Source: Acidobacteriota bacterium
GTDB taxonomy: Bacteria > Acidobacteriota > CAIWXX01
Assembly: GCA_040755995.1 (NCBI GenBank)
Contig: JBFMAF010000034.1
Location: forward strand, 74,968 to 138,967
DNA: 64,000 nt
Direction: 5' to 3'
Below the pieces are notes generated by a model. The model ran no database searches. It saw only the letters and a program-made list of their open reading frames with translations, and had not been told where the DNA came from. Shown here one piece after another: positions 28,387 through 37,044 of this stretch. Made by a program: the position numbers and the translations under genes. Within the stretch, counting starts at the first letter, position 1. The number at the start of each line of letters is the position of its first letter.

Positions 28387-29565
28387 ATGAGCCGCGTTGG
28401 ATTTCTCTGGGACTCGCTGAGCGCCAATACGGGTGACCAGGCCATCGGTCTGACCATGCTGCGCCTGGCGCGGCGCGCCGGGCTGCGCGGCCTCGATCCC
28501 GTGCGGATCGGCGAGCCGCTGGCCGGCCGCTACGACATGCTGGTTGTCGGCGGCGGCGAGCTGCTCCACCCGCCGGGCCACGGCTTCTACGACCTCTTCC
28601 GCGTCCCGGGCGAGCACGTGCTCAGCACTGTGGGCACCTCCGGCGTCGTCGATGCCAGCCATCTCTCGTCCTACCGGCTGGTCACCGTGCGGTCATCGGC
28701 GGACCGCGACAACCTGCGCGGACTCTCGCGCGAGGTGAAGGTCGCTCCATGCCTCAGCGTGCTGTTCCCAGGGCTGGCCGAGGACCATCCGGCGGCCATG
28801 GAGCGGGACTCGATTCTGGTGCACCTGCACGCGGGAGCGTTCTTGCCGAGCACCGCCCCGACGATGGTGTCGATGCTGCGGCGGCTGGGCCGGCCGGTTG
28901 CGCTGCTTCCGTTTACACCCTACATCCGCGACGCCGACATACAGGCAGTCCTCGCCGCCGCCGCGGACATCGCTCCACCGCTCGCAGTCGCCGGCCCGGA
29001 CCAGGTATTCGCCGCCATGCGCCGGGCTGGTGCAGTGGTCGTCGCGTCGCTACACGCCGCGATCTTCGCGTACATCGCCGGCGTGCCCTTCCTTGCAATT
29101 CCGTACGTGCCGAAGGTGAGGCACTTCATGGCAGAGCGCGGACTTGAGCACCGGCTGCTGCCGGACGTGCTGCGCCTCCCAGAGAGGCTGCATCTCCTCG
29201 CCGCCGATGGCGTCGACTGGCAGGCGACGGCCGCGGCAGATGTGGCGTCCGCAGGCGCGGTCGTGGATGAGATATTCGCCTTGGTCGAGGACGCCCTTGC
29301 GCGGTCCGGTGGAGGTCGGGCCTGGGGAGCCGCCTGGAGGGAGCCGGCCTGCCCCGAGCGGGCGCACGCCGAAACCATGGGCCGCATTGCTGAGTTCGGC
29401 CGCCGGCAGGCGCAGGTCACGGCCGACGTTCTCGCCGGCCGTCACAGATTGCGGCGACTGATCGCAACCGGCATTCGGACGGTGGTGAAGCATGTGCCGG
29501 CGATCCGCCGGCTGGGCTGGGCGCGAGCGGTGTGGGAGCGGTGGCTGGTGACTCATGGCTGCTGA
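28387..29565 (+). CDS. Polysaccharide pyruvyl transferase-family protein
   Basis: NTGDQAI, VGGGELL, VTVRS, SLHAAIFA..GVP, YVPKV. Confidence 0.78.
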   Translation: MSRVGFLWDSLSANTGDQAIGLTMLRLARRAGLRGLDPVRIGEPLAGRYDMLVVGGGELLHPPGHGFYDLFRVPGEHVLSTVGTSGVVDASHLSSYRLVTVRSSADRDNLRGLSREVKVAPCLSVLFPGLAEDHPAAMERDSILVHLHAGAFLPSTAPTMVSMLRRLGRPVALLPFTPYIRDADIQAVLAAAADIAPPLAVAGPDQVFAAMRRAGAVVVASLHAAIFAYIAGVPFLAIPYVPKVRHFMAERGLEHRLLPDVLRLPERLHLLAADGVDWQATAAADVASAGAVVDEIFALVEDALARSGGGRAWGAAWREPACPERAHAETMGRIAEFGRRQAQVTADVLAGRHRLRRLIATGIRTVVKHVPAIRRLGWARAVWERWLVTHGC

Positions 29566-30478
29566 CGGCGGTCCCAGCGGCTCCACCGAGCCCCTGGTCT
29601 ACGTGGTGGTGCTGAGCTGGAACCGCGCCGCCACGACGCTCAGGTGTATCGAGTCAGTTGCCGGCAGCAGCTATCGGAACGCCCGCGTGGTTGTCGTCGA
29701 CAATGCATCCGCCGACGATTCTGTGGCACGCATTCGGGAGCGATTCCCTCAGGTTCCGCTCATTCAGAACCCAGCTAACCTGGGGTACGCCGAAGGCAAC
29801 AACGTGGGGATACGGTACGCGATGGAGAGGGGAGCCGAGTTCGTGCTGGTGCTCAATGACGACGTCTTCATTGAACCGGACGCGCTGGGCCACATGGTGG
29901 CCGCGGCGGGCCCAGGGGTGGCGGCCGTCGGGTGCAAAGTGCGCCTCTTCGACGAGCCCGACCGGTTGTGGGCGGCCGGCGATCTCAATTTCCGGACGGC
30001 AGATGCACACCCGAAAGACGACGGCCGTTTCGATGCGCCACGCGACCTGGACTACGCCGTGGGTTGTTGCATCCTCCTCCGCGCCGGCGTCCTCGATGAG
30101 ATCGGGCGTTTCGATCCTTCATACTTCCTCGAGTTCGAGGAAGTCGACTGGTGTTCCCGCGCCCGGAAGGCGGGTCACAGGATCGTTTATGAGCCGAGAG
30201 CCGTGGTCTACCACAACCATTCGGTGTCTTTCACCGACAGTTGTTCGCCGGCCTTCCACTATCTCTCCGCCCGCAACTGTCTTCTGTTCTGGAAGCGCAA
30301 TGACGTCGTGCTTAGCGGACGCCCCCGCGCCCTCTACGGCCTGATTTCGTGGCTGGCCCAGCTTCGTCTCATTCTGCGCACAAGGGGTTCCAAGCTGCGA
30401 CGGATCACTGCCGCTACGCTCGGGGTCGTCGACTACTACCGCGGGCGCTTTGGCGCTCCACCTCCCAACCTCTACTGA
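29555..30478 (+). CDS. Glycosyltransferase family 2
   Basis: VVVLSWN, VVVDNASAD, NLGYAEGNNVG, LVLNDD, GCCILLR, FEEVDWC. Confidence 0.93.
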   Translation: MAADGGPSGSTEPLVYVVVLSWNRAATTLRCIESVAGSSYRNARVVVVDNASADDSVARIRERFPQVPLIQNPANLGYAEGNNVGIRYAMERGAEFVLVLNDDVFIEPDALGHMVAAAGPGVAAVGCKVRLFDEPDRLWAAGDLNFRTADAHPKDDGRFDAPRDLDYAVGCCILLRAGVLDEIGRFDPSYFLEFEEVDWCSRARKAGHRIVYEPRAVVYHNHSVSFTDSCSPAFHYLSARNCLLFWKRNDVVLSGRPRALYGLISWLAQLRLILRTRGSKLRRITAATLGVVDYYRGRFGAPPPNLY

Positions 30479-30494
30479 TCATGGGGGCGCGCGC

Positions 30495-31724
30495 GTGAAG
30501 ATCCTGTACGCCGCCGGCGACTTCCCGGCAGAGCCTCTGAACGGGTGCCACTGGTTTGCGTACAACCTGATTAACTGCATGGCACGATCGCACGAGTGCC
30601 ACCTGATCAGTCTTGCCATGCCGGGGCGAGCCGCGTGCGTCCGGGAATGGGAGCGGTGCCTGCCGGGCCTGCGCGTGCTGGATGTTCTCCCGGTGCGGCA
30701 CCGTCAGCTGGTGCGTTGGTCGAAGGGGGCGAATTACATCACGAACCTCCGGATCCCCCATCTCGTGCAATGGATGACACCGGGGTTCACTCGTGCACTT
30801 CGACGGGTGGTCCGCGAGACCTCCTACGACCTCGTCCACTTCACCGACATCACCCTGGTCTTCTATCGCAACCTTGTGCGTGGCTCCCCAGTCGTGATCT
30901 CCGGGCCCGATCCGGCCTCGCTCCATCTCCGGGGCAACATGCCGTTTGAACCTTCGTTCGCAAAGAGAGTGAAGTTGGCCACGACGGCCCGGGCGTACGG
31001 CAACATAGAACGGACCCATCTAAAGACGTTCTCAGCGGTCCACGTGGTGTCCGAGGCGGACGCCGAGCACTTGAGGCGCAGCGCCGGACTGAAAAACGTC
31101 ACTGTGATTAACCATGCGGTGGACCCGAGATTCTTCGCCGTCCCCATTGAGGCCTGCGGCGACGAGGATGCAGTTACCATGTTCAGCTCGGGATCCTTCT
31201 CGGTGCCCTACATACGTACGCCGTTCATGAGCTTCTTCGAGAGGCACTGGGATGCGATCCGGCGATGCCGCCCCGCGGCACGCTGGGTTGTCGCGGGACC
31301 GGGAGCGCCAGCCGATGTGAAGAAACGGCTCACGGCGGCGCCCGGTGTCGAATACCACGAGTGGATTCACGACTATGACGGCGCTCTCTTTCGATCCGAC
31401 ATCGCCGTTTTTCTGGATGGCAGCGGAACGGGCATGAAGACAAGGGTGCTGCAGGCCATGGGCGCCGGAAAGGCAGTGGTCGGCACGCCTTTCGCCTTCA
31501 CAGGGCTTGAGGTCAAACACGGAGTGCAGGGCTTCATCGCGGACGGGCACGATTCCTTGATGAGGGCCCTGGTCGCTCTGATCGAGTCGCCCCGGCTGCG
31601 GCGTGAAATCGGCGGGGCCGCGAGGGAACACGTCAGGGCGAGATTCACGCTGGAAATCACGGGCCGAAAGTGGGATGCCCTGTACGAGCGAATGTTGCGG
31701 CAGCATCGGGATACACGGCTGTGA
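30495..31724 (+). CDS. Glycosyltransferase family 4 (GT-B)
   Basis: VHVVSEAD, GTGMKTRVLQAMGAGKAVVGT, IGGAAREHVRARF. Confidence 0.87.
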   Translation: MKILYAAGDFPAEPLNGCHWFAYNLINCMARSHECHLISLAMPGRAACVREWERCLPGLRVLDVLPVRHRQLVRWSKGANYITNLRIPHLVQWMTPGFTRALRRVVRETSYDLVHFTDITLVFYRNLVRGSPVVISGPDPASLHLRGNMPFEPSFAKRVKLATTARAYGNIERTHLKTFSAVHVVSEADAEHLRRSAGLKNVTVINHAVDPRFFAVPIEACGDEDAVTMFSSGSFSVPYIRTPFMSFFERHWDAIRRCRPAARWVVAGPGAPADVKKRLTAAPGVEYHEWIHDYDGALFRSDIAVFLDGSGTGMKTRVLQAMGAGKAVVGTPFAFTGLEVKHGVQGFIADGHDSLMRALVALIESPRLRREIGGAAREHVRARFTLEITGRKWDALYERMLRQHRDTRL

Positions 31725-31851
31725 ACAGATGGGTTGCCGCCCGCCCGCCCGGTCGAGTCTTGCCTTGTCGAAGCCCTATCGATATACTCGGAGTTCGGTA
31801 CCTCGGAGTCGGCGCTGGCGCGACTAGCTCGCCAAGAGGAGCTTTGTACCA

Positions 31852-32853
31852 ATGGAGATCAAGGGATTGCGCGTGCTCGTCACGGGCGGTTGCGGATTTC
31901 TCGGATCGTGGATTGTCGAGGACCTTGTGAAAAGAGGCGCCGACGTCACGGTCTACGATAACCTCAGCCGCGGGACTCAGGACAACCTGAAGGCGGTTGA
32001 GAAGGATGTCAGACTCTCCGTTGCGGACATACGCGATCAGCAGAAGGTCTACGAGGCTTGCCGGACGGCGGATGTCGTTTCTCACCATGCTGCTCAAATC
32101 GTGTCGTCGTTGGAAAGCTCGATCGAGACGATCGAGGTCAATCTGTCGGGCAGCGTGAAGGTATTCGAGGCCGCCGCCGCGGCCGGCGTCAAGAAGGTGA
32201 TCTACGCCTCGTCCGAGACCGTGTACGGGCATGCCAACGCCCTTCCACAGGATGAAAACCATCCGACCAATCCGCTCTGGCCATACGGAGTCACCAAGCT
32301 GGCCGTGGAGAAGTTCGCCAGCATCTTCCACGCCTACTCCGGGATGAAGATGATCGGGTTGAGGTACAGCGACATATACGGGCCGAGGGAGTGGTACGGG
32401 CGCGCGTCGACGGTGTTGCTGCGAGGCGCGATGCGCGGCGAGCAGCCGGAAATGCCCGATGCCGATCAACTCAGGGACTACTGCTACGTCGCGGATGCCG
32501 TCGCGTTTCACAACCTCTGCATCGCTGAAGATGAGCTCGATGACGAGATCTTCAATGTCTCCACCGGAGTCGCGACGAGTACAGGGGAGCTGGCGGAGCT
32601 GATTGCGGACACCTGCCGCCTGGATTGGAGCACTCCGCGGCTTGCCCACGGCGACGCAAGGCACGAAGACGTGCGGGCGAGCCACGTGCCGCATGCTGAG
32701 TGCAAGGCGATCGTGCTGGACAACTCGCGGGCGAGGCGCATCGGGTGGGTGCCCCACGTCATGCTGCCGGAGGGGATCAGGCACCAGCTGGAGTGGCTCC
32801 GTGCTCATCCTGCTGCATGGGACGGAGCGCGGGTTGCAGGAGAGGTTGGCTAG
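31852..32853 (+). CDS. NAD-dependent sugar epimerase/dehydratase
   Basis: VLVTGGCGFLGS, YASS, YGVTK (YxxxK), RDYCYVAD. Confidence 0.9.
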   Translation: MEIKGLRVLVTGGCGFLGSWIVEDLVKRGADVTVYDNLSRGTQDNLKAVEKDVRLSVADIRDQQKVYEACRTADVVSHHAAQIVSSLESSIETIEVNLSGSVKVFEAAAAAGVKKVIYASSETVYGHANALPQDENHPTNPLWPYGVTKLAVEKFASIFHAYSGMKMIGLRYSDIYGPREWYGRASTVLLRGAMRGEQPEMPDADQLRDYCYVADAVAFHNLCIAEDELDDEIFNVSTGVATSTGELAELIADTCRLDWSTPRLAHGDARHEDVRASHVPHAECKAIVLDNSRARRIGWVPHVMLPEGIRHQLEWLRAHPAAWDGARVAGEVG

Positions 32854-33828
32854 GTGAAGAGACAACAGATGCTGTATCTGTCTCGCTCCGATGTCGAGAA
32901 GGTGGCATTGGATATGCCCACGATCATTGCCCTCCTCGAGGAGGCCTTCAGGGAGAAGGGGCATGGGCGCGTCGAGATGCCTCCGAAACCCGGCATCCAC
33001 ACACGCCCGGACGCGTTCATTCACGCGATGCCCGCTTACATCCCGGCGCTGCGGTCGGCGGGGATGAAGTGGGTGAGCGGCTATCCGGACAACCAGAAGC
33101 TCGGCCTCCCATACATCTCCGGCCTACTGATTCTGAACGACGCCGAGACGGGACTGCCGTACGCTGTCATGGATTGCAGCTGGATTACGGCCTACCGGAC
33201 TGGAGCGGCCTCGGCGCTGTCAGCCAAGTATCTGGCGCGCCCATCAAGCGAGGTCGTCGGAGTGCTGGCGTGCGGTGTCCAGGGGCGCACAAACCTCATC
33301 GCCCTCGCGTCGGTGCTGCCGATCAAGCGCGCCTACGCCTTCGACATCTCCGCCGCGGTCCAGGAGCGCTTCGTCGACGAGATGCATTCCAGTCTTGGCA
33401 TCGAGGTCATCGGGGTCGACGGGCCCCGCCGCGCGGTCGCCGAATGCGACGTCGTCGTCACCTCAGGACCGATTCTCAAGCATCCGGTGCCGGCCATCCA
33501 GAAGGACTGGCTGTGTCCCGGGGCCTTCGCAAGCGCGGTGGATTTCGACAGCTACTGGGCCGGCGAGGCTCTGGCGCAGTTCGACAAACTGGCCACCGAC
33601 GACATTGCCCAGTTCGACTACTACCGGAGCGCCGGCTATTTCCAGGCGACTCCGCGGCCCTATGCGGACCTGGGCGAGCTGGTGGTCGGGTTCAAGCCCG
33701 GCCGCGAGCGAGACGACGAGCGAACCATGGCGATGAACCTGGGGCTGGCGCTCGACGACATGGCGGTCGCGCCGGAGATCTATCGGAGGGCGCGGGAGAA
33801 GGGCATTGGGACGATGCTGGAGCTGTGA
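32854..33828 (+). CDS. Ornithine cyclodeaminase/mu-crystallin family protein
   Basis: HAMPAY, GMKWVSGYPDN, ITAYRTGAAS, CGVQGR, GLALDD. Confidence 0.92.
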   Translation: MKRQQMLYLSRSDVEKVALDMPTIIALLEEAFREKGHGRVEMPPKPGIHTRPDAFIHAMPAYIPALRSAGMKWVSGYPDNQKLGLPYISGLLILNDAETGLPYAVMDCSWITAYRTGAASALSAKYLARPSSEVVGVLACGVQGRTNLIALASVLPIKRAYAFDISAAVQERFVDEMHSSLGIEVIGVDGPRRAVAECDVVVTSGPILKHPVPAIQKDWLCPGAFASAVDFDSYWAGEALAQFDKLATDDIAQFDYYRSAGYFQATPRPYADLGELVVGFKPGRERDDERTMAMNLGLALDDMAVAPEIYRRAREKGIGTMLEL

Positions 33829-33991
33829 GGTGTCTGTCTTCGTCCCGGAGGGCGCCCGATACCTCGCTCTCCCCATGAACCACGCCGTGCCGACAGGATG
33901 CAGTCCATTGCCAGGGTTCGCAGGGGGCCAGGCGGCTCCCCGTTGAATCTCTCAACTTGCGGGACCACGCTGGTCTGTGCAGAATGCCGAT

Positions 33992-35011
33992 ATGAAACGG
34001 CGTGAGTTCCTTGGGTCGGCCGCGACAGTTGCGGGTCTTGTGATGACTCCGAGCGGCGTCCTCAGCTCGGATGCGAAGAGCCGTGTCGTTCAAGTGTTCC
34101 ACGCTGACGCCGTGCGCCCCGGCAGGCAGGTGGATCAGGCTATCGTAGCGAAGATGCTTCGCAGCGGCCTCAGGGCGCTGGCCGGCGAGGGCCAGTCCAT
34201 CGGCAAGTGGGTCCGCCCGGGCGATCGGGTCGGGCTCAAGATCAACACGCTGGGCCGCCCGCTTCTGTTCACGCATCGCGAGCTGATACTAGCCCTCGTC
34301 GAGGAGCTGAAAGAGACGGGGGTCAGCGAGAACAACATCATTGTATGGGACCGGTTCGAGAACCATATGTTGGAGGCGCGATTCGTCATGAACAACTCGG
34401 ATCGCGGCGTGCGCTACGTCGCGACGGAATCAGGCGGCGATGGGCCTGCCAGACTCGACGACAACGAGCCCTACCAGTCTGCGCATGACGATCCGCGCGA
34501 TCGCCACAACGGCGACACCGCCTCGCGATTCTCCCGGATCTTCACTCGGGAATGCGACAAGATCATCAACATGCCGATCCTGAAGGATCACGGCCAGACG
34601 GGCGTGACCCTTTGCCTCAAGAACCTGGCCTTCGGTATCACGACGAACAACAACAGGTTTCATGGAGCCAGCCACGTCGGACCGTTCATATCCGATATAT
34701 GCGCCCGGCCGCTAGTGAAGTCCAAGACCGTCCTGCATATTCTTGACGGCCTGGAAGGATGCTTCAACAATGGGCCGGCACCGCGACATCCGGGCTCGTT
34801 TTCGACGCCCCGCACAATCTGGCTCGGCTTCGACCCCGTGGCCGTCGACGTGGTCGGGCGCAGGGTAATCGAAGAGCAAAGGCGCGCAGGTGGGTTGCCC
34901 TCGCTTGCGGCCATGAACAAGCCGGTCGACTACATAGAGATGGCGGCCCGAAAGGGAGTAGGGGAATGCAATCTCGATCGCATCTCCCTCGAAAAGATCT
35001 CCGCTGCCTGA
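33992..35011 (+). CDS. DUF362 domain protein, Tat signal
   Basis: MKRREFL, VGLKIN, INMPILKDH..GVTLCLKN, DPVAVD. Confidence 0.85.
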   Translation: MKRREFLGSAATVAGLVMTPSGVLSSDAKSRVVQVFHADAVRPGRQVDQAIVAKMLRSGLRALAGEGQSIGKWVRPGDRVGLKINTLGRPLLFTHRELILALVEELKETGVSENNIIVWDRFENHMLEARFVMNNSDRGVRYVATESGGDGPARLDDNEPYQSAHDDPRDRHNGDTASRFSRIFTRECDKIINMPILKDHGQTGVTLCLKNLAFGITTNNNRFHGASHVGPFISDICARPLVKSKTVLHILDGLEGCFNNGPAPRHPGSFSTPRTIWLGFDPVAVDVVGRRVIEEQRRAGGLPSLAAMNKPVDYIEMAARKGVGECNLDRISLEKISAA

Positions 35012-35070
35012 TTGGCCTTGCCAGGTTCGCGCATCGCTAGACAGGGACTCCCTCGATGGGCGCCCCCCTA

Positions 35071-35967
35071 TCACACGAATGCATCCTTGTCGTACCCGAT
35101 CTTGATGAGCTCGATCCTCTGTGGGTCCGCCGTGCCGAGATGGTACTTCGTGTCGGCGATGGCTATGTGCTTTGCGGGCGGGCTGAGCGGCCGGTCTTCT
35201 GCGAAGTAGTCGCGTCTGATGGCCTCGATTATCCGCAATCCGGTGGCATCCACTGCGACAGCATCGAACCCCAACAACAGCCCGTAGTACTTCCAGACAT
35301 ACTTGGGGCTGAAACTGTGGGGACCGAAGCTGTGGAATTGCGGCGTGAACATCACGAGCACGTTCAGCCGTGTCTTGCCCCTCACGATTGGCAGATCCCA
35401 GATTGACGCCAGATCCGCGCAGGAATCGCCATGAATGGAGCTCGGATCCGGCAAGAACATGATGTAGTTCTTGATCAACCCTCCGACCCCCGCCCAGTGG
35501 TGCGAGCGCATCGGACGGGCGTTGACGAGCGCCGTGGCCTTCTGGAAGATCGGATTCCTCAGGACGTTCAAGTCGTCGATGCTGATATTCGGTTCCTTGA
35601 CGCCGGCCTGGACAATCCGCTTCTTCAGCGCATTCTCGACCTCCGCTGTCGTCTTGAGATATGGCCACCTGTTATTCTTGATGCCGACGATGTCGTCCGG
35701 CTCGATGATCGTCTTCCAGGCGCTCTGCGGGTCGGGCTTGCCGGTCAGGGCCTTGATGCCCGTGTCCAGCATCTCCTGTACTACGGCCTGCTGAGGCATG
35801 CCGGTTTCGCCCAGGACGTTGAGATCGCGCACGAGCACGACCCGGCTCTTGTCGGACTTTGCGGCAGTCGTCTTCTCCGCTGCCGAGAGCAACAGGGGCG
35901 TAGCTATGGCGGCGGCCGAGGCGCTCTTGATGAATTCCCGCCGGCTGATCGATTCGATCGACTTCAT
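35071..35967 (-). CDS. DUF362 domain protein, Tat signal
   Basis: SRREFIK, VGIKNN, RSHHWAGVGGLIKNY, DAVAVD. Confidence 0.8.
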   Translation of the reverse strand: MKSIESISRREFIKSASAAAIATPLLLSAAEKTTAAKSDKSRVVLVRDLNVLGETGMPQQAVVQEMLDTGIKALTGKPDPQSAWKTIIEPDDIVGIKNNRWPYLKTTAEVENALKKRIVQAGVKEPNISIDDLNVLRNPIFQKATALVNARPMRSHHWAGVGGLIKNYIMFLPDPSSIHGDSCADLASIWDLPIVRGKTRLNVLVMFTPQFHSFGPHSFSPKYVWKYYGLLLGFDAVAVDATGLRIIEAIRRDYFAEDRPLSPPAKHIAIADTKYHLGTADPQRIELIKIGYDKDAFV

Positions 35968-35980
35968 CGATACCTCCGTT

Positions 35981-36874
35981 TCATTCCCTGATCTTGGTCA
36001 AGATGTTCCTGACGGCCTGCGCATCCGGCGCGTTGAAAACGATACTCAGAAGCTCGCCCCGGCGTTGCAGCCCGGTCCACCGGCCGTCATCCATCACGCG
36101 AGTCATTTCCGTGCCGCCTCCGAGCACCTTCTGTCTGAATTGCTCGCCGGCCGCCTCCGCAAGCGCGGCATCCGGGTAGCGGACCACGAGCACGTAGCAG
36201 GTGGCGCCTTCCTGCCGGTACTTCCCCAAAGCCGCCGGCGTGTCGTTCCCGATATCGAGGACGTTCTCGGCGGATACGAATGAGAAGCTGTTCAGCCACA
36301 CGTAGTGGTGGAAGTATTTGACGCTCTCGGGAATCAGGTCTTCCGCGGGAAGCAGCGCTATGACAGGCGGCAGTGCGCCATCATTCTTGATCGCACCGGA
36401 AATCGCATCGGCAACTCTAAATACGACATCCCTCTTGGCCGGTGTTTCCGGAAAGGCAAGGATGGAGACGTAATATCGGTCCTTCCAAAACGTCAGCAGG
36501 CCACCGGCGTACTCGCTGCCCTGACCGAACCGGCTATCGATCGTTTCGCGAGAATGCGCGAAGGCTCCGAATGCGTCATACGAACTGCCCATGTCGAAGA
36601 TATCGACGATAATCTCAGCATCGGCTGAATCCTTGTATTTCAGCGATATCGATCCCTCGAAGTTGTAGGACAGGAAGAGCTCGGCACCGCCGTCGATGTA
36701 GCTCGAAAGCGTCTCAGGCGTGAATCGATCGGGCGGTTCGCTCTTCGTCCATCCGTCGATCGATACCGGCAGTGATTGGTTGAAGTCGATCATGCTCTCC
36801 GACATGGCAGACGTCCTCATCAGGCTGACTAGCGATATGAATGCTCCTACCCCGACGGCAATCTCGCGCGGCAT
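35981..36874 (-). CDS. DUF6599-like periplasmic protein
   Basis: ETLSSYIDGGAELFLSY, VDIFDMGSSYDAFGAF, FWKDRYYV; start uncertain. Confidence 0.65.
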   Translation of the reverse strand: MPREIAVGVGAFISLVSLMRTSAMSESMIDFNQSLPVSIDGWTKSEPPDRFTPETLSSYIDGGAELFLSYNFEGSISLKYKDSADAEIIVDIFDMGSSYDAFGAFAHSRETIDSRFGQGSEYAGGLLTFWKDRYYVSILAFPETPAKRDVVFRVADAISGAIKNDGALPPVIALLPAEDLIPESVKYFHHYVWLNSFSFVSAENVLDIGNDTPAALGKYRQEGATCYVLVVRYPDAALAEAAGEQFRQKVLGGGTEMTRVMDDGRWTGLQRRGELLSIVFNAPDAQAVRNILTKIRE

Positions 36875-37044
36875 TACCCTGGACAAGCTCTCTCCTCCAC
36901 AGGTTTCATGATGGTAGCAAAACAGAACCGTGAATTCAAAGACAGGTGACGTCATTGATAAAGACCGGCCCTTTCCTTACAATGCGCCCTGATGATCACC
37001 ATGAAGCCGCGTCCCGACGATTCGCGCGGGCACAGGAGAGAGTA

